47,877 nucleotides of DNA from Candidatus Woesearchaeota archaeon (GTDB taxonomy: Archaea > Nanobdellota > Nanobdellia > Woesearchaeales > GW2011-AR9), in NCBI GenBank assembly GCA_018303045.1, contig JAGVYX010000035.1, positions 1 through 47,877 of the forward strand, read 5' to 3'. A model generated the notes under the pieces. That model saw only the letters and a program-made list of their open reading frames with translations. It did no database searches and was not told the origin of the DNA. Below are positions 9,148 to 18,726 of this stretch, one piece after another. The position numbers and the translations under genes are program-made. Position 1 is the first letter of the stretch, and every line of letters begins with the position of its first letter.

Positions 9148-10011
9148 TTATTTGCGCTTGACTCCAAAGACGTTAGGAAGCGACCAAAATTCCTTGTTGC
9201 TGTCATTTTCATTAAACCCAGTTTCATAACTGCCGATGCCTTTGAATATTGCTCTGGGATGATTTATGTAAAGGCTGGCCTCCGGCCCTCCTTCCAGGTA
9301 CATCATCTTTCGCGCATTAAGTGGCAGAGAAAGACATTCATCTATAAAATCAGCCACTCTATATGGAGATCGGCTATGAAAAAATAACACTTCACCATTA
9401 GCCGTCATTCCCAGAGCAGCCATACTCCACATCTTTTCCTGTCTGGCCCAAGTTCTCTGTCCCTTACTATTAACCAAGCGAATACTTTGCGATGCGGTTT
9501 GGTATTTTTGCAATAATTCCTCATAATTCTGGTCTTGCGTATCTATAATTTGCGCCAAAGGCGCATCCTCAGTTATCCTATCGGTAACAAAAATTGCATT
9601 ATAACCCTTTTTTAATTTTCCATTATTGATGTGCCCAGGCTGCTTCATGTATCCAACATTCCTTCCATCTGGCTCAAACATGCCGGCATTTATAACCGCA
9701 ATTAAGCCATCATTATGAGACCATTCTTCAGCAGTATGGTAATGATGGGCATTGCTGTTATCGTCTTTTGCAACGGCTTCACCTGAAGCTGTAAGAAGTT
9801 CCAATGAATAATGTTCAGGATTGATTTTTAATGCTGTTATTCTGGAATCTCCAAGGGGCGATTTTTTCTTTGTTAAAAAATGAGCCAGTTCCAGTCCTTT
9901 CTCTAATGTTTTCCAAGAAGATGATATTTTCGCAGATGCTGTTGCAGTACCATAACCTAAAAATGAAATACTTCCTAATCCTGCTAATAACTCCCTCCGG
10001 TTTAATCTCAT
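9148..10011 (-). CDS. Phosphodiester glycosidase (NAGPA/YigE-like) family protein with Tat-like signal
   Basis: LNRRELL; INAGMF, ALGMTANG, MYLEGG. Confidence 0.8.
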   Translation of the reverse strand: MRLNRRELLAGLGSISFLGYGTATASAKISSSWKTLEKGLELAHFLTKKKSPLGDSRITALKINPEHYSLELLTASGEAVAKDDNSNAHHYHTAEEWSHNDGLIAVINAGMFEPDGRNVGYMKQPGHINNGKLKKGYNAIFVTDRITEDAPLAQIIDTQDQNYEELLQKYQTASQSIRLVNSKGQRTWARQEKMWSMAALGMTANGEVLFFHSRSPYRVADFIDECLSLPLNARKMMYLEGGPEASLYINHPRAIFKGIGSYETGFNENDSNKEFWSLPNVFGVKRK

Positions 10012-10075
10012 TTATGCTTGATTTTAGCCAATATTTTTAAATATTCCTAGAAAAAATCACTAATCTGAATCTATC

Positions 10076-11809
10076 TTAATTATCATCAACTAAATCAATC
10101 ATTTGTTTAATGGCCTCAAATCCTTTCTGCCAGAACTGTTCTGAAGTAATATCCACACCGATAGCCTTAGTTATTTCTACAGGGCTTTCGCTGCCGCCTT
10201 TACTGAGCATTTCTACAATTCTCTCAGCAAAAGCCGGGCCTTTCTCTTTATACATTTCATATAAAGCCAGAGTTAACAAGTTGCCAAAAGCATAGGCATA
10301 GCAGTAAAAGGGAGTATGAAAAATATGTGGAATATACGCCCATTCGTAAGCAAAAAGATCATCAACAATTACTTTTGGGCCCAACTGTTTTCGTAAATCG
10401 GTTAAATAAACCGCAGAAATTTCATCGGTAGTTCTTCCGTCCTTAATCATCTCGTGGGCTTTTTTCTCAAATTCAATAAAGCCGGCCTGCCGGATAATTG
10501 ATGCATATAAATCATCCAGTTTAGTAAAGATCATTTGTTTGGCAGCTCGGGGATTTAACTTCATCATTTGCTCAGATAACAACATTTCCGAAAAGATTGA
10601 AGCTGTTTCAGCTAACGGCAAACAGGCGTCCATGGTAAATTCAGTTTGTTTCTGAGATAAGGTCATATGCACTCCATGCCCCAGTTCATGTGCTAGGGTA
10701 GACACATCTCTAAATTTGCCAGTATAGCTTAACAGGACGTAAGGGGCATGGTTGGTGGTTGCCGGACAGCAGAACGCGCCGCTTCTTTTTCCTTTTTGCA
10801 CCGTAGAATGAACATGCTTCTGATTAAGAATATTTCTTGCTGCATTGACAAAATAAGGAGAAAACTGTTCAAATGTTTCCAATACTAATTTTACGGCAGC
10901 ATCATAAGAAATTATCTCCTTTTCTGGCTCTAGCGGCGCATAAAGATCAAAGCGCCTAAATCTTTTCAATCCTAATTTTTTTCGCTTAATTTCAAAAAAT
11001 TTCTGAAACAAATATTGGTTTTCTCTAATTACCCTTAACAGCATTTCCACAGCCTTATCCGGCAGATCATTGGCCACATTTCTCGCATTAATAGGATTGC
11101 TGTACCCCCGCAGAAAAACATTTTCCTCCCGCCAATCATTAATAATATTTTTGTAAGCTTCACCGATAACTGTTTTATGCTCCTGAAAAGGCTTAAGCAG
11201 TATTCGGTAAGCCTGCTCTCTGACTGAAGCTTTATCTGACCTGACAAAAGTAATCATCTCTTCCTGAGTTCTATTTTTCCCCTGAAACTGGTAACTAAAA
11301 CTAGAAGTAAATATATTATAGATATTATTAAGCGCGGAAACGCCCGTGGTATCTTTTAAATTAATAATTTTCTCTTCATTTTCTTTTAAGGTGTACTTTT
11401 TAGTTCTTCTTAGTGAAGCAAAATAATAGCGATATTTGCCGCTGGCCTTAATTAACTGTTTCATCTTTTGGTCCGGCAGTTGTTTAAACCATAGGCTGAA
11501 AAACAATAGCCGGTTGCCGGTTTTAGTCAGAAAATTTTCCACTTGCGACATTTCAGCCAAAGCTTTTTGGTTGGCGGAATCTTCAGAAAATTTTAATTGG
11601 ACATAAACAGCCAATTTTTCTGTTTCCTGCCGTAAAAGTTCTAATTCTTTTACTAAAGATAGGAATAAACTATTAGAAATCGTGGTGGTTAAAAATTTTC
11701 TTTTGGATTCAAAACTTTTAGTCTTCTGCTCAACGGACTTTTTAGCTAGTTCAATCGAAAGGGGCTTAATTTCACTTAAATCCCATGTTCCCAGCTGATA
11801 TTTTTCCAT
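10076..11809 (-). CDS. pepF: M3B oligoendopeptidase F
   Basis: WDLS N-terminus, GKRSGAFC, TLAHELGH, LAETAS, WAYIPH, FYCYAYAFG. Confidence 0.95.
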   Translation of the reverse strand: MEKYQLGTWDLSEIKPLSIELAKKSVEQKTKSFESKRKFLTTTISNSLFLSLVKELELLRQETEKLAVYVQLKFSEDSANQKALAEMSQVENFLTKTGNRLLFFSLWFKQLPDQKMKQLIKASGKYRYYFASLRRTKKYTLKENEEKIINLKDTTGVSALNNIYNIFTSSFSYQFQGKNRTQEEMITFVRSDKASVREQAYRILLKPFQEHKTVIGEAYKNIINDWREENVFLRGYSNPINARNVANDLPDKAVEMLLRVIRENQYLFQKFFEIKRKKLGLKRFRRFDLYAPLEPEKEIISYDAAVKLVLETFEQFSPYFVNAARNILNQKHVHSTVQKGKRSGAFCCPATTNHAPYVLLSYTGKFRDVSTLAHELGHGVHMTLSQKQTEFTMDACLPLAETASIFSEMLLSEQMMKLNPRAAKQMIFTKLDDLYASIIRQAGFIEFEKKAHEMIKDGRTTDEISAVYLTDLRKQLGPKVIVDDLFAYEWAYIPHIFHTPFYCYAYAFGNLLTLALYEMYKEKGPAFAERIVEMLSKGGSESPVEITKAIGVDITSEQFWQKGFEAIKQMIDLVDDN

Positions 11810-12141
11810 AGCAGAAGTAATTTTTTGTGATTTTTAAATCTGCTTATGAGATAAGCAGGACCTGAACGAGAGGCTTAGGGTGATTGGCGGTTTGTTTCTT
11901 ATAAATAGTTTAAGCAAAGATTAATCTATTCGATTTTGTTAGTTTTAAGCTTAAACTGCATATTTTGGGTTATGGTTGATTTATATTTGTAGAATAGCTC
12001 GTATTTTTTATTATTTTGTTTACCATCAAAGCTTAAAGGTTATTTTCTGAAAGATTTAATTGTTGATTGAAGATTTAGTACTGTGATACCGAATAAATAA
12101 TAAAAAATATATTAATCTATAAGAAAAGAAATATTAAACTT

Positions 12142-12600
12142 CTATTTTATGTCTTCTAAGCCTTTTCTTTCCCTAATTCCCTGTTGTCTTTTCTTGGCTT
12201 CTAATATCTCCTTTAAAGTTGCATCAAATTGATTTTGACCTTCTGCCACAACGGTTTGTCCTATTCCGTCACTACTAAGATATTCAACTCTTGTTCTATC
12301 CTTTTTGTCAACAACTATTCTATCCACCATAAGGTCTCCGTTATGGTCAATGTAGGTTATATTTTTTGCAAAGTGTCCAGCTTCTTCAGTATCAGGTACT
12401 GCAATACTAAGAACATTAGATTTCTGAAATGGAAGAGAACCCGTAGATTGGTCAAAATACACTAAATTGCCCCCTACTCGTAAACCCTCACATTCGTATC
12501 TAGAATTATCTTGACTTCGTACATATTTGATTAAACCATATCCGCCCGCCAATAATGGCACTGTCGCAGCGGCAACTAAAAGTTTTTGTGTAAATGACAT
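12142..12600 (-). CDS. Hypothetical N-terminally anchored protein
   Basis: ATG at 12600 after a GGTGAT SD; hydrophobic N-terminus; AT-rich surroundings. Confidence 0.7.
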   Translation of the reverse strand: MSFTQKLLVAAATVPLLAGGYGLIKYVRSQDNSRYECEGLRVGGNLVYFDQSTGSLPFQKSNVLSIAVPDTEEAGHFAKNITYIDHNGDLMVDRIVVDKKDRTRVEYLSSDGIGQTVVAEGQNQFDATLKEILEAKKRQQGIRERKGLEDIK

Positions 12601-12739
12601 TTTGATCACCAATGATATTGAAAATCCAACTACTATATAACTCTTTCTATTTTTATTATTGACACGTAGTGAATTATTTACGGAGTGGGAGCTGGATTGG
12701 ATTTTTAGCCCTATAATGTAATAAATAAGGTGACAAAAA

Positions 12740-12767
12740 TGTTCGTCTAATGTATATTAGGCGAAGT
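12740..12767. other. dif/lox-like tyrosine recombinase site candidate
   Basis: TGTTCGTCTAA-TGTATA-TTAGGCGAAGT, an 11-6-11 imperfect palindrome. Confidence 0.5.
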
Positions 12768-13215
12768 TTAACCGATAATTTGAACGAAACATCGTTATAA
12801 ACCAGCTTTGGTTAATTATCTGCCAAGCTAAAAGCCAAACTTTGTGAAATGCCACAGACAACTAAGAATTAGCGTTTTCCATCAAAAACCATCACTGGAT
12901 ATCCATTAGGTAAATAATGGCTTCTTTTTTTCTCCTTACTGATCTAAAATCTAATCTTTCTGCCATTTTCAATAAATTAAGGAAGTTCTACTATCTAAAT
13001 CTTCACAATTTGATTACCCCAGAATGGTAAATTCTCTGGCGCGTCGAAAATCTACAAGATTCAATCTAAGCTTAAAACTTTTAGCGACAATAATCGCTCA
13101 ATTTAGGGTTAAAACTTTTAAGAAAAGATTAAAGTTACTGGCAACAACATTATCAATGTAAACAAAAATTGATTAAATGACAGAAACCAGATGATTTGAT
13201 AAACGACTAAACTAA

Positions 13216-13977
13216 TTAAGCAGCCTTTTTTCTAACCATTTCTCTTTTTAATTCTTCTTTATGTTCCAGTTGCAGCTCAGCCTTGCTTTTGAATAACTTT
13301 ACCACGCCATAACTTTGTTTAGTTGAAGTAGGATATAATTTCTTTACTTCAGCAGTAATTTGCTTCTTTGCTTCCTGAACCTTCTTCTTGGACGAGGATA
13401 AGATTTTTTCCTGGCGATATTGATTATAAGCCTGCAAATAAATTCTAAACCTTAACTCCAGAGCGGAAATAATTTCTTCGGCAATCGCCGACAGTCTTTG
13501 CTGCATTTTATTGGTAGCATAAGCTGAGTAGCCATGTTCAGATTTTTGCACGGCCATCCAACTTAACCAGAGCTTATCCCTCTTTTCCTGAGCTTCCTCC
13601 AAAATTTCCCAGAGTTCTATAATTTCCTTATCTTTAACGTCCAGGCGCAGCTTTCCACTGGATGATTTATCTTGGTTATAGTCTTCAAAATTCCGGATCA
13701 GCAATTGCCGGCCTAGATTTAGAAGCTGCTGAAAGTTGGGCATTAATTCAGCCCGCAGTTTTAACTGATAGCGCGTTTTTGTTAATGGATCGGCTTCAGC
13801 CAATTTCTTCTGTATTTTAGGAAATAAACTAAACCCCGATGCTTTCAAGCTGATTTCGATGGTTAATTTTTTCTGTTGAATAAACTGATCAATTTTCTTC
13901 AACTCCCCAGCCAGCTGAGTTAAGTCTGGATCGTGGAGATTGCTTTTTTTTCCAAAAATAGTAGCCCATAGTCCCAT
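13216..13977 (-). CDS. Hypothetical helical/coiled-coil protein
   Basis: 253-aa ORF, last gene of a co-oriented trio, GGGAG SD. Confidence 0.75.
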   Translation of the reverse strand: MGLWATIFGKKSNLHDPDLTQLAGELKKIDQFIQQKKLTIEISLKASGFSLFPKIQKKLAEADPLTKTRYQLKLRAELMPNFQQLLNLGRQLLIRNFEDYNQDKSSSGKLRLDVKDKEIIELWEILEEAQEKRDKLWLSWMAVQKSEHGYSAYATNKMQQRLSAIAEEIISALELRFRIYLQAYNQYRQEKILSSSKKKVQEAKKQITAEVKKLYPTSTKQSYGVVKLFKSKAELQLEHKEELKREMVRKKAA

Positions 13978-13996
13978 AATTATTTGTTTCTCCCTT

Positions 13997-14242
13997 TTAA
14001 AGATATTTCTTCAAAATTTCTTTTCGCTGTTTGGAAAAACCGCTGTCAAAACCAGCTTTAAGCAGCCACAATCCAGCTAAAATAAGAAGCACATTTACCA
14101 CGATCGGATTAACAGTATAAATCCCAATTAAGTTAATTGCTCCAACTAAAATAATTGCTATACTATAAAGTAACATCAACCACGGAAAATAACCTTTTTT
14201 AGTAGGCAGCTGCACTGCTAGCTTTTCTTGTTTTGCAGTCAT
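13997..14242 (-). CDS. Small two-TM membrane protein
   Basis: Two hydrophobic segments; starts 2 nt after the PAC2 stop. Confidence 0.75.
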   Translation of the reverse strand: MTAKQEKLAVQLPTKKGYFPWLMLLYSIAIILVGAINLIGIYTVNPIVVNVLLILAGLWLLKAGFDSGFSKQRKEILKKYL

Positions 14243-14244
14243 TT

Positions 14245-14964
14245 TTACCCAACATAACTTAAATGCTTTTCTTCCTGTATCTGTTCTGCCCGCTGCCCTT
14301 TCTGGACGATTCCCCGCAGTTTCTTTTCAAATAGGTCAGCTTGTTTAATTAAAGGCTTGACATCCACGCCTAATCCAATATAAGCATCCAAGGCCTGAAT
14401 AATATGGGCTGCGGCTTTGCTGTCAGGCAGCCCCATCTTGGCTTCAGCAAATAAAGCTACCAATGGCGTTTTTACCTGCTTGGCCAGCAATGCTCCAGTC
14501 ACGCCGACGATAATGCCTTCATTTAGCGGATTAGCTACCCCCTGAAGTTTTTTAGCAATTGTCCCGGCAGTAGTGGTATAATAAAATACCCGGCTGTCTT
14601 CGTCACCGTTAGGCGAGCCTACGCCTTCCAGAGAGATTATTTCCTTGGCTTGTAAATCATCAGCCAAATTAGTAATTACCTCAGCCAGCTTCCAGCCTAG
14701 ATCCTTGCCAATATTAATTGCGTGCACCAGAACTAAATTATGCAATTTATTATAATGAATAGATATGGGCTCAATAACTTTGCTTTGATGAATGGCAATC
14801 ATCGCTGGAATTTCATCCATTTCCACAATGCCGATTTTTTCAGTCTCTAAATGCTCCATTAAAAATTCCGTGGCAATCGTGCCAATTAACCCAAATCCGG
14901 GAAATCCTTCGATAATGGTTACATTTTTGGGCTTTTTAGTTAAGATAAGTTTCATAAGCATCAC
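14245..14964 (-). CDS. PAC2-family proteasome assembly chaperone
   Basis: IEGFPGFGLIGTIA, IISLEG, GIIVGVTGALL, PDSKAAA, C-terminal YVG. Confidence 0.92.
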   Translation of the reverse strand: MMLMKLILTKKPKNVTIIEGFPGFGLIGTIATEFLMEHLETEKIGIVEMDEIPAMIAIHQSKVIEPISIHYNKLHNLVLVHAINIGKDLGWKLAEVITNLADDLQAKEIISLEGVGSPNGDEDSRVFYYTTTAGTIAKKLQGVANPLNEGIIVGVTGALLAKQVKTPLVALFAEAKMGLPDSKAAAHIIQALDAYIGLGVDVKPLIKQADLFEKKLRGIVQKGQRAEQIQEEKHLSYVG

Positions 14965-15016
14965 CTGAATTTTTTTCAGACTAGGAACTATTTTAAGATA
15001 TTTAAGTGTTTCTAAA

Positions 15017-15080
15017 GAGAACTTTGAAAAATAGAGATTTTGTTAATTTTGTCGATAAAAATGAATTATTCAAAATTCTC
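15017..15080 (+). mobile_element. MITE family A, 64-bp copy
   Basis: TIR GAGAACTTTGAA / TTCAAAATTCTC, with TAAA on both flanks. Confidence 0.75.
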
Positions 15081-15275
15081 TAAATTAGAGTTTGCTAAAG
15101 AGAGTATTCCCTATGAGTGGTAACAAAACAAAAGATTTATATATGGTTGCTTATTCTAAGTAGTAAAGAAACCTATTTATAGTAAATAACCTTTACCTAA
15201 GTTTCTTTAAACGAGAAAATGGAGAAATAATTTTCCCTAATTTAAAAGTATTGGATACTTTATAAACAATTAAAA

Positions 15276-15761
15276 ATGAATCGAATTTATGTTGGTAATA
15301 ATAGTCAATATGGAGAATTAAGTAAAATCAGTTCAGAAGCTATTACTGAATTAAGTAGTTATAAATCAAGCGCTTCAGTTAATCATAAATCTGGCCGGCC
15401 GGACTGTTTAGCTACTTTGACCTTAGCTAAAATTCTTGACCATTTTTCGCAAATTAGTGATTCTAAACCTTCCAATGGTTCTTTTCCATACCATCAGCTG
15501 GATATCCTTTTTTCACGGCAATTAGGATACAGGTCGGAATCAGCTAAGCTTAGCGGGGTTCTAAAAACTATGTCCAGAGCTTTAAGAGAAGTTGAAGCGG
15601 CTTCGCCCAAACAGTTAGATGATTTAATTCGACTATGTTTGGACTTGGAACAAGTTTTCAGCGGCAGACCGCTCCAAATTATTCACCAATATGTGTCGCC
15701 AGCTTTAACCCCTGAAAGAAAAAGCGCCATGAATAAATTAGAGAGGAGATTATACAAATAA
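15276..15761 (+). CDS. Hypothetical protein
   Basis: 161-aa ORF with TTTATAAA upstream. Confidence 0.65.
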   Translation: MNRIYVGNNSQYGELSKISSEAITELSSYKSSASVNHKSGRPDCLATLTLAKILDHFSQISDSKPSNGSFPYHQLDILFSRQLGYRSESAKLSGVLKTMSRALREVEAASPKQLDDLIRLCLDLEQVFSGRPLQIIHQYVSPALTPERKSAMNKLERRLYK

Positions 15762-15910
15762 TTTTTATTTGTTTCTAATACCACGCCCCCCCGGAGCGGT
15801 TGAGATTTTTATTTACAGATGGGGCAGTTCACTTTCTGAATTGCGCCTTACAGAGCCTTTACCATCCAAAAATTTAAGTTGTCATCAATTATTCTCAGAG
15901 CAAGGGTTAT

Positions 15911-15970
15911 TGATAGTATGAAAGTTACTAAATGATAATATGAAAAAATGATAATATGAAAGTTACTAAA
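15911..15970 (+). repeat. Imperfect triplication around a start codon
   Basis: TGATA(G/A)TATGAAA at 15911, 15933 and 15949. Confidence 0.85.
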
Positions 15971-16327
15971 ACTGAAAAAATACTGCTCTATGCTGTTGGT
16001 GAATGCTATATGCATCTTAATAAACCATTGGAAAAAGCTCATTTGCAGTTAAGTATTTCTAAAATAATATTTATTGAATTGTTGTTAAATAAAATAAAAC
16101 TAAAACAGCCGCGGACTATTTATAAGAATTTAGAGCGGCTGGAAGAAAAAAAATTAATTCAATATACCCATAAAACAATTACTTTTACTTCTTTAGGATT
16201 AAAAGTGTTAAAAAGAATTCAGCAGGAAATTAAGCCCTACCTGGAAATTAAACAATCATTAAATCTAATTGAAAAGCCTAAGAAGAAATTACAGACGAGA
16301 ATTATAATGAAGGACATAAATAATTAA
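15956..16327 (+). CDS. Basic winged-helix-like protein
   Basis: PRTIYKNLERLEEKKLIQY...FTSLG resembles a wHTH recognition helix and wing. Confidence 0.7.
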   Translation: MKVTKTEKILLYAVGECYMHLNKPLEKAHLQLSISKIIFIELLLNKIKLKQPRTIYKNLERLEEKKLIQYTHKTITFTSLGLKVLKRIQQEIKPYLEIKQSLNLIEKPKKKLQTRIIMKDINN

Positions 16328-16382
16328 TAGGATTACTATATCCTCCAAATATAATAGTGGCTAAAAATATACTGAAATTCCT

Positions 16383-16464
16383 GATAGTATAATCCTTTGG
16401 CTGATAAAAACTATTTATTTAAGATTATAACTAACTAAGGAATCAGTCAGATATTAACACTGCC
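16383..16464 (-). mobile_element. MITE family B (82 bp), copy 1
   Basis: Reverse-complement match to 25328..25409 and 28647..28728; flanks AAATTCCT / CAATTCCT (7/8 TSD). Confidence 0.9.
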
Positions 16465-16727
16465 CAATTCCTTAACAATCGAACTAAATTTTGTGAATTT
16501 CATATATACTAAATTGCGCGAAAGGTTTGATTTCTAGGGCAATTTACTATATATAGATAATTCTCTTGATTGGGATACATTATTTTAATTATCCATCGTC
16601 AGATAACTCCTACTAAAATATACTCTAATTATTAGAATTATCTATATAAAAAATTAATGTTCTCTATGCTGTGTTGCATAATTCTAAAATTATTTAAAAT
16701 TCCCTGGAATTATACTGAAAATACTTA

Positions 16728-17051
16728 GAGTCTATCCTGTTAGGTATAAATAATAGTTGTTCTTTCTGATGCTTGGAGGTGAAAAATAAAGGGGTAAACT
16801 CTTCTGGGCTTAATAACAAAAGATGATGGATGGAGAATTCCAGATAAACTCTGAGACATTTTGGAAGAAGCTTAAGAAAAATACACGAAAAAAAGCACGA
16901 CGCTGGGTCGTGGAAAAAACACACAGTTAAATGAATAGATTTCGCGGAATCCTTATACGTTGGTCAAAACGACCAGAGGCTTATATCGCAAAGCTACACC
17001 TAGCGTGCGGAGTGATAACAGGGAAGGCTACGTGTCTACAGGGATAGGTTC
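16728..17051 (+). mobile_element. Internally deleted IS5-family element
   Basis: TIR GAGTCTATCC / GGATAGGTTC, TTA TSD; remnants DDGWRIPDKL* and RRWVVEKTHS*MNRFRGILIRW...LHLAC. Confidence 0.88.
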
Positions 17052-17080
17052 TTAGTTTAACCAGATCCAGTTGGCAGGGG

Positions 17081-17707
17081 TTATTGATCATCGGCTACTC
17101 TCCGGACATATTCATCTATCTCTTTAGAGTCAGAATAATTATAATTGGTTATCCCGAAGTCTTTGAATTCGCCGAAATTATCAATGATTAGGTACGTTCC
17201 GTTAAGGCAGAAGTAAGCTGTTTCACAGACTTCGCTGCTTTCCTCGCAGTTCTGCAGCCGATGATCTCTCGGCACCCGAAGCGGCAATATTGTTCCTGGA
17301 CTGGGTTCATAGCGGATAAATCCGGTTTTGTTATTATTTTCCAGATATACACACTGAGTCTTGCAGTCATCTTCGAAATCCGGAGAGTCGCCTTCCTCAG
17401 TGTAAGGTATGAACGTTCCATTTTGCTGGAAGAGGGAAGACCAGTAACTTTCATGGCCATCATTTTCTGGAGGCTGGTTTTGGTGATGGTACGCAAATAG
17501 TTCCATTAGCCTAGGTCTCTTTTTTCTGGCCGTACTGGAGCGATGCGCTTCTAACGCTTCTTTTGAAGGAGGATTCTCTACTACGGCTTCAATTCCTGGC
17601 ATTGTTGTTGTGCTGGTAAGAGAATCAACAACCACCTTTAATCCGTAACTGATTCCCAACAGAGCTGTGGCTGAAACAATTAATGCTGGAAGATGTTTCC
17701 GGTTCAT
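17081..17707 (-). CDS. Hypothetical membrane-anchored Cys-containing protein
   Basis: Probable start MNRKHL at 17707 followed by a TM segment; the longer called N-terminus runs through a MITE. Confidence 0.7.
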   Translation of the reverse strand: MNRKHLPALIVSATALLGISYGLKVVVDSLTSTTTMPGIEAVVENPPSKEALEAHRSSTARKKRPRLMELFAYHHQNQPPENDGHESYWSSLFQQNGTFIPYTEEGDSPDFEDDCKTQCVYLENNNKTGFIRYEPSPGTILPLRVPRDHRLQNCEESSEVCETAYFCLNGTYLIIDNFGEFKDFGITNYNYSDSKEIDEYVRRVADDQ

Positions 17708-17720
17708 TTTTGCAGATAAA

Positions 17721-17830
17721 TATACCAAAAGACTCAAAATTCCGAACAGAATTTTGTGCCTTTTGTATACACGAAAATAACAGATTATATTTTCGGTACT
17801 AAAAATCAATCGTTTATGTCCTTTGGTATA
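17721..17830 (+). mobile_element. MITE family C copy 1 (TA-bounded, IS630-like ends)
   Basis: TIR TATACCAAAAGAC / GTCCTTTGGTATA; 49-bp and 18-bp ends identical to 35750..35843 (reverse). Confidence 0.85.
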
Positions 17831-18013
17831 TAATAAGGTTCTTTTATGTTAATTTATGTTAAACCTCGCATTAATTTGTTATAGATATAATCCTGATTTA
17901 AAAATTAACTGGTTTGGTTGGTGTTTTTGCAGGAGACCCTGCTCTTAAGAAAGCTAACTTAATACCTGCGTTTTGCAGATAAATATATAAGGTTCTTTTT
18001 ACTCATCTTAAGC

Positions 18014-18523
18014 ATGGAGAGATATCTGGTTATTGATCATCTGAAGTTGACTTATGAAGGATTATGCAATGCGCCGGAATTATTCTCTTTAATTCAGGAA
18101 TGGTTTTATGAAAAAGGATGGGACTGGCATGAAAGAACTAATCAGGAAACCACTACTCCGGAAGGAAAGCAGCTTCACCTGATTCTGGAGCCGTATAAAA
18201 ATGTCAGCAATGATCATCGGCTGATGGTCAAAATTACTTTAAATGCCACTAATCTTAAAGATGTGGAAGTGGAATTGGAAGGCAAAACCGTTCATTCGCA
18301 GCAGGGCGTAATCAGAATGATTATTGATGGCTATGTGTTCAGCGATCGGAAAGGCCAATGGGACAGCCGGCCATTCTACTGGTTTTTAGGAATGGTTTTA
18401 GAAAAATATTTTTATAAAGAGCATTTTAGGCGGTTTGAGACCTGGCTGAAAAGCGATGTCAGCGATTTGTATGACCGAATAAAAAGTTATTTGAACACTT
18501 ACAAATATACCTATCAGCATTAA
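18014..18523 (+). CDS. Hypothetical protein, paralog of 18727..19296
   Basis: Both show L-x-Y-x-G, E-R/K-x-x-E-E/T, L-E/R-PYK and W-x-x-R/K-P-x-x-W/Y-FL blocks. Confidence 0.85.
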   Translation: MERYLVIDHLKLTYEGLCNAPELFSLIQEWFYEKGWDWHERTNQETTTPEGKQLHLILEPYKNVSNDHRLMVKITLNATNLKDVEVELEGKTVHSQQGVIRMIIDGYVFSDRKGQWDSRPFYWFLGMVLEKYFYKEHFRRFETWLKSDVSDLYDRIKSYLNTYKYTYQH

Positions 18524-18527
18524 ACAT

Positions 18528-18708
18528 GGATAGCATCAATTTACGAGCGGAACAATCGCTTACTAAAGCGCCTGCGGAAGGGGACGTTCCTTACACGAAA
18601 ATAAACGACGATTTATTTTCGGTACTGAAAATTGATCGCTGTCAATTTTCATGTACGGGAAGGAGCCGCATATAATATTCAGAAGCGCAGAGCGAGTCGA
18701 TGCTATCC
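18528..18708. ncRNA. Unrecognised structured element, copy A (with internal double-hairpin insert)
   Basis: Closing helix GGATAGCATC/GATGCTATCC; core shared with 34220..34343. Confidence 0.6.
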
Positions 18709-18726
18709 CTGCTGTAGTCATTAAAT

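Noticed and set aside
12797..12966. Minus-strand gene remnant (MAERLDFRS...)
   Set aside because: Short broken frames with no recognisable family
17708..17809. N-terminal extension of the 242-aa ORF call
   Set aside because: Non-ATG start, and it reads through MITE C
18571..18581. SSU rRNA helix-45-like CCTGCGGAAGG
   Set aside because: Only 11 nt with no flanking rRNA similarity
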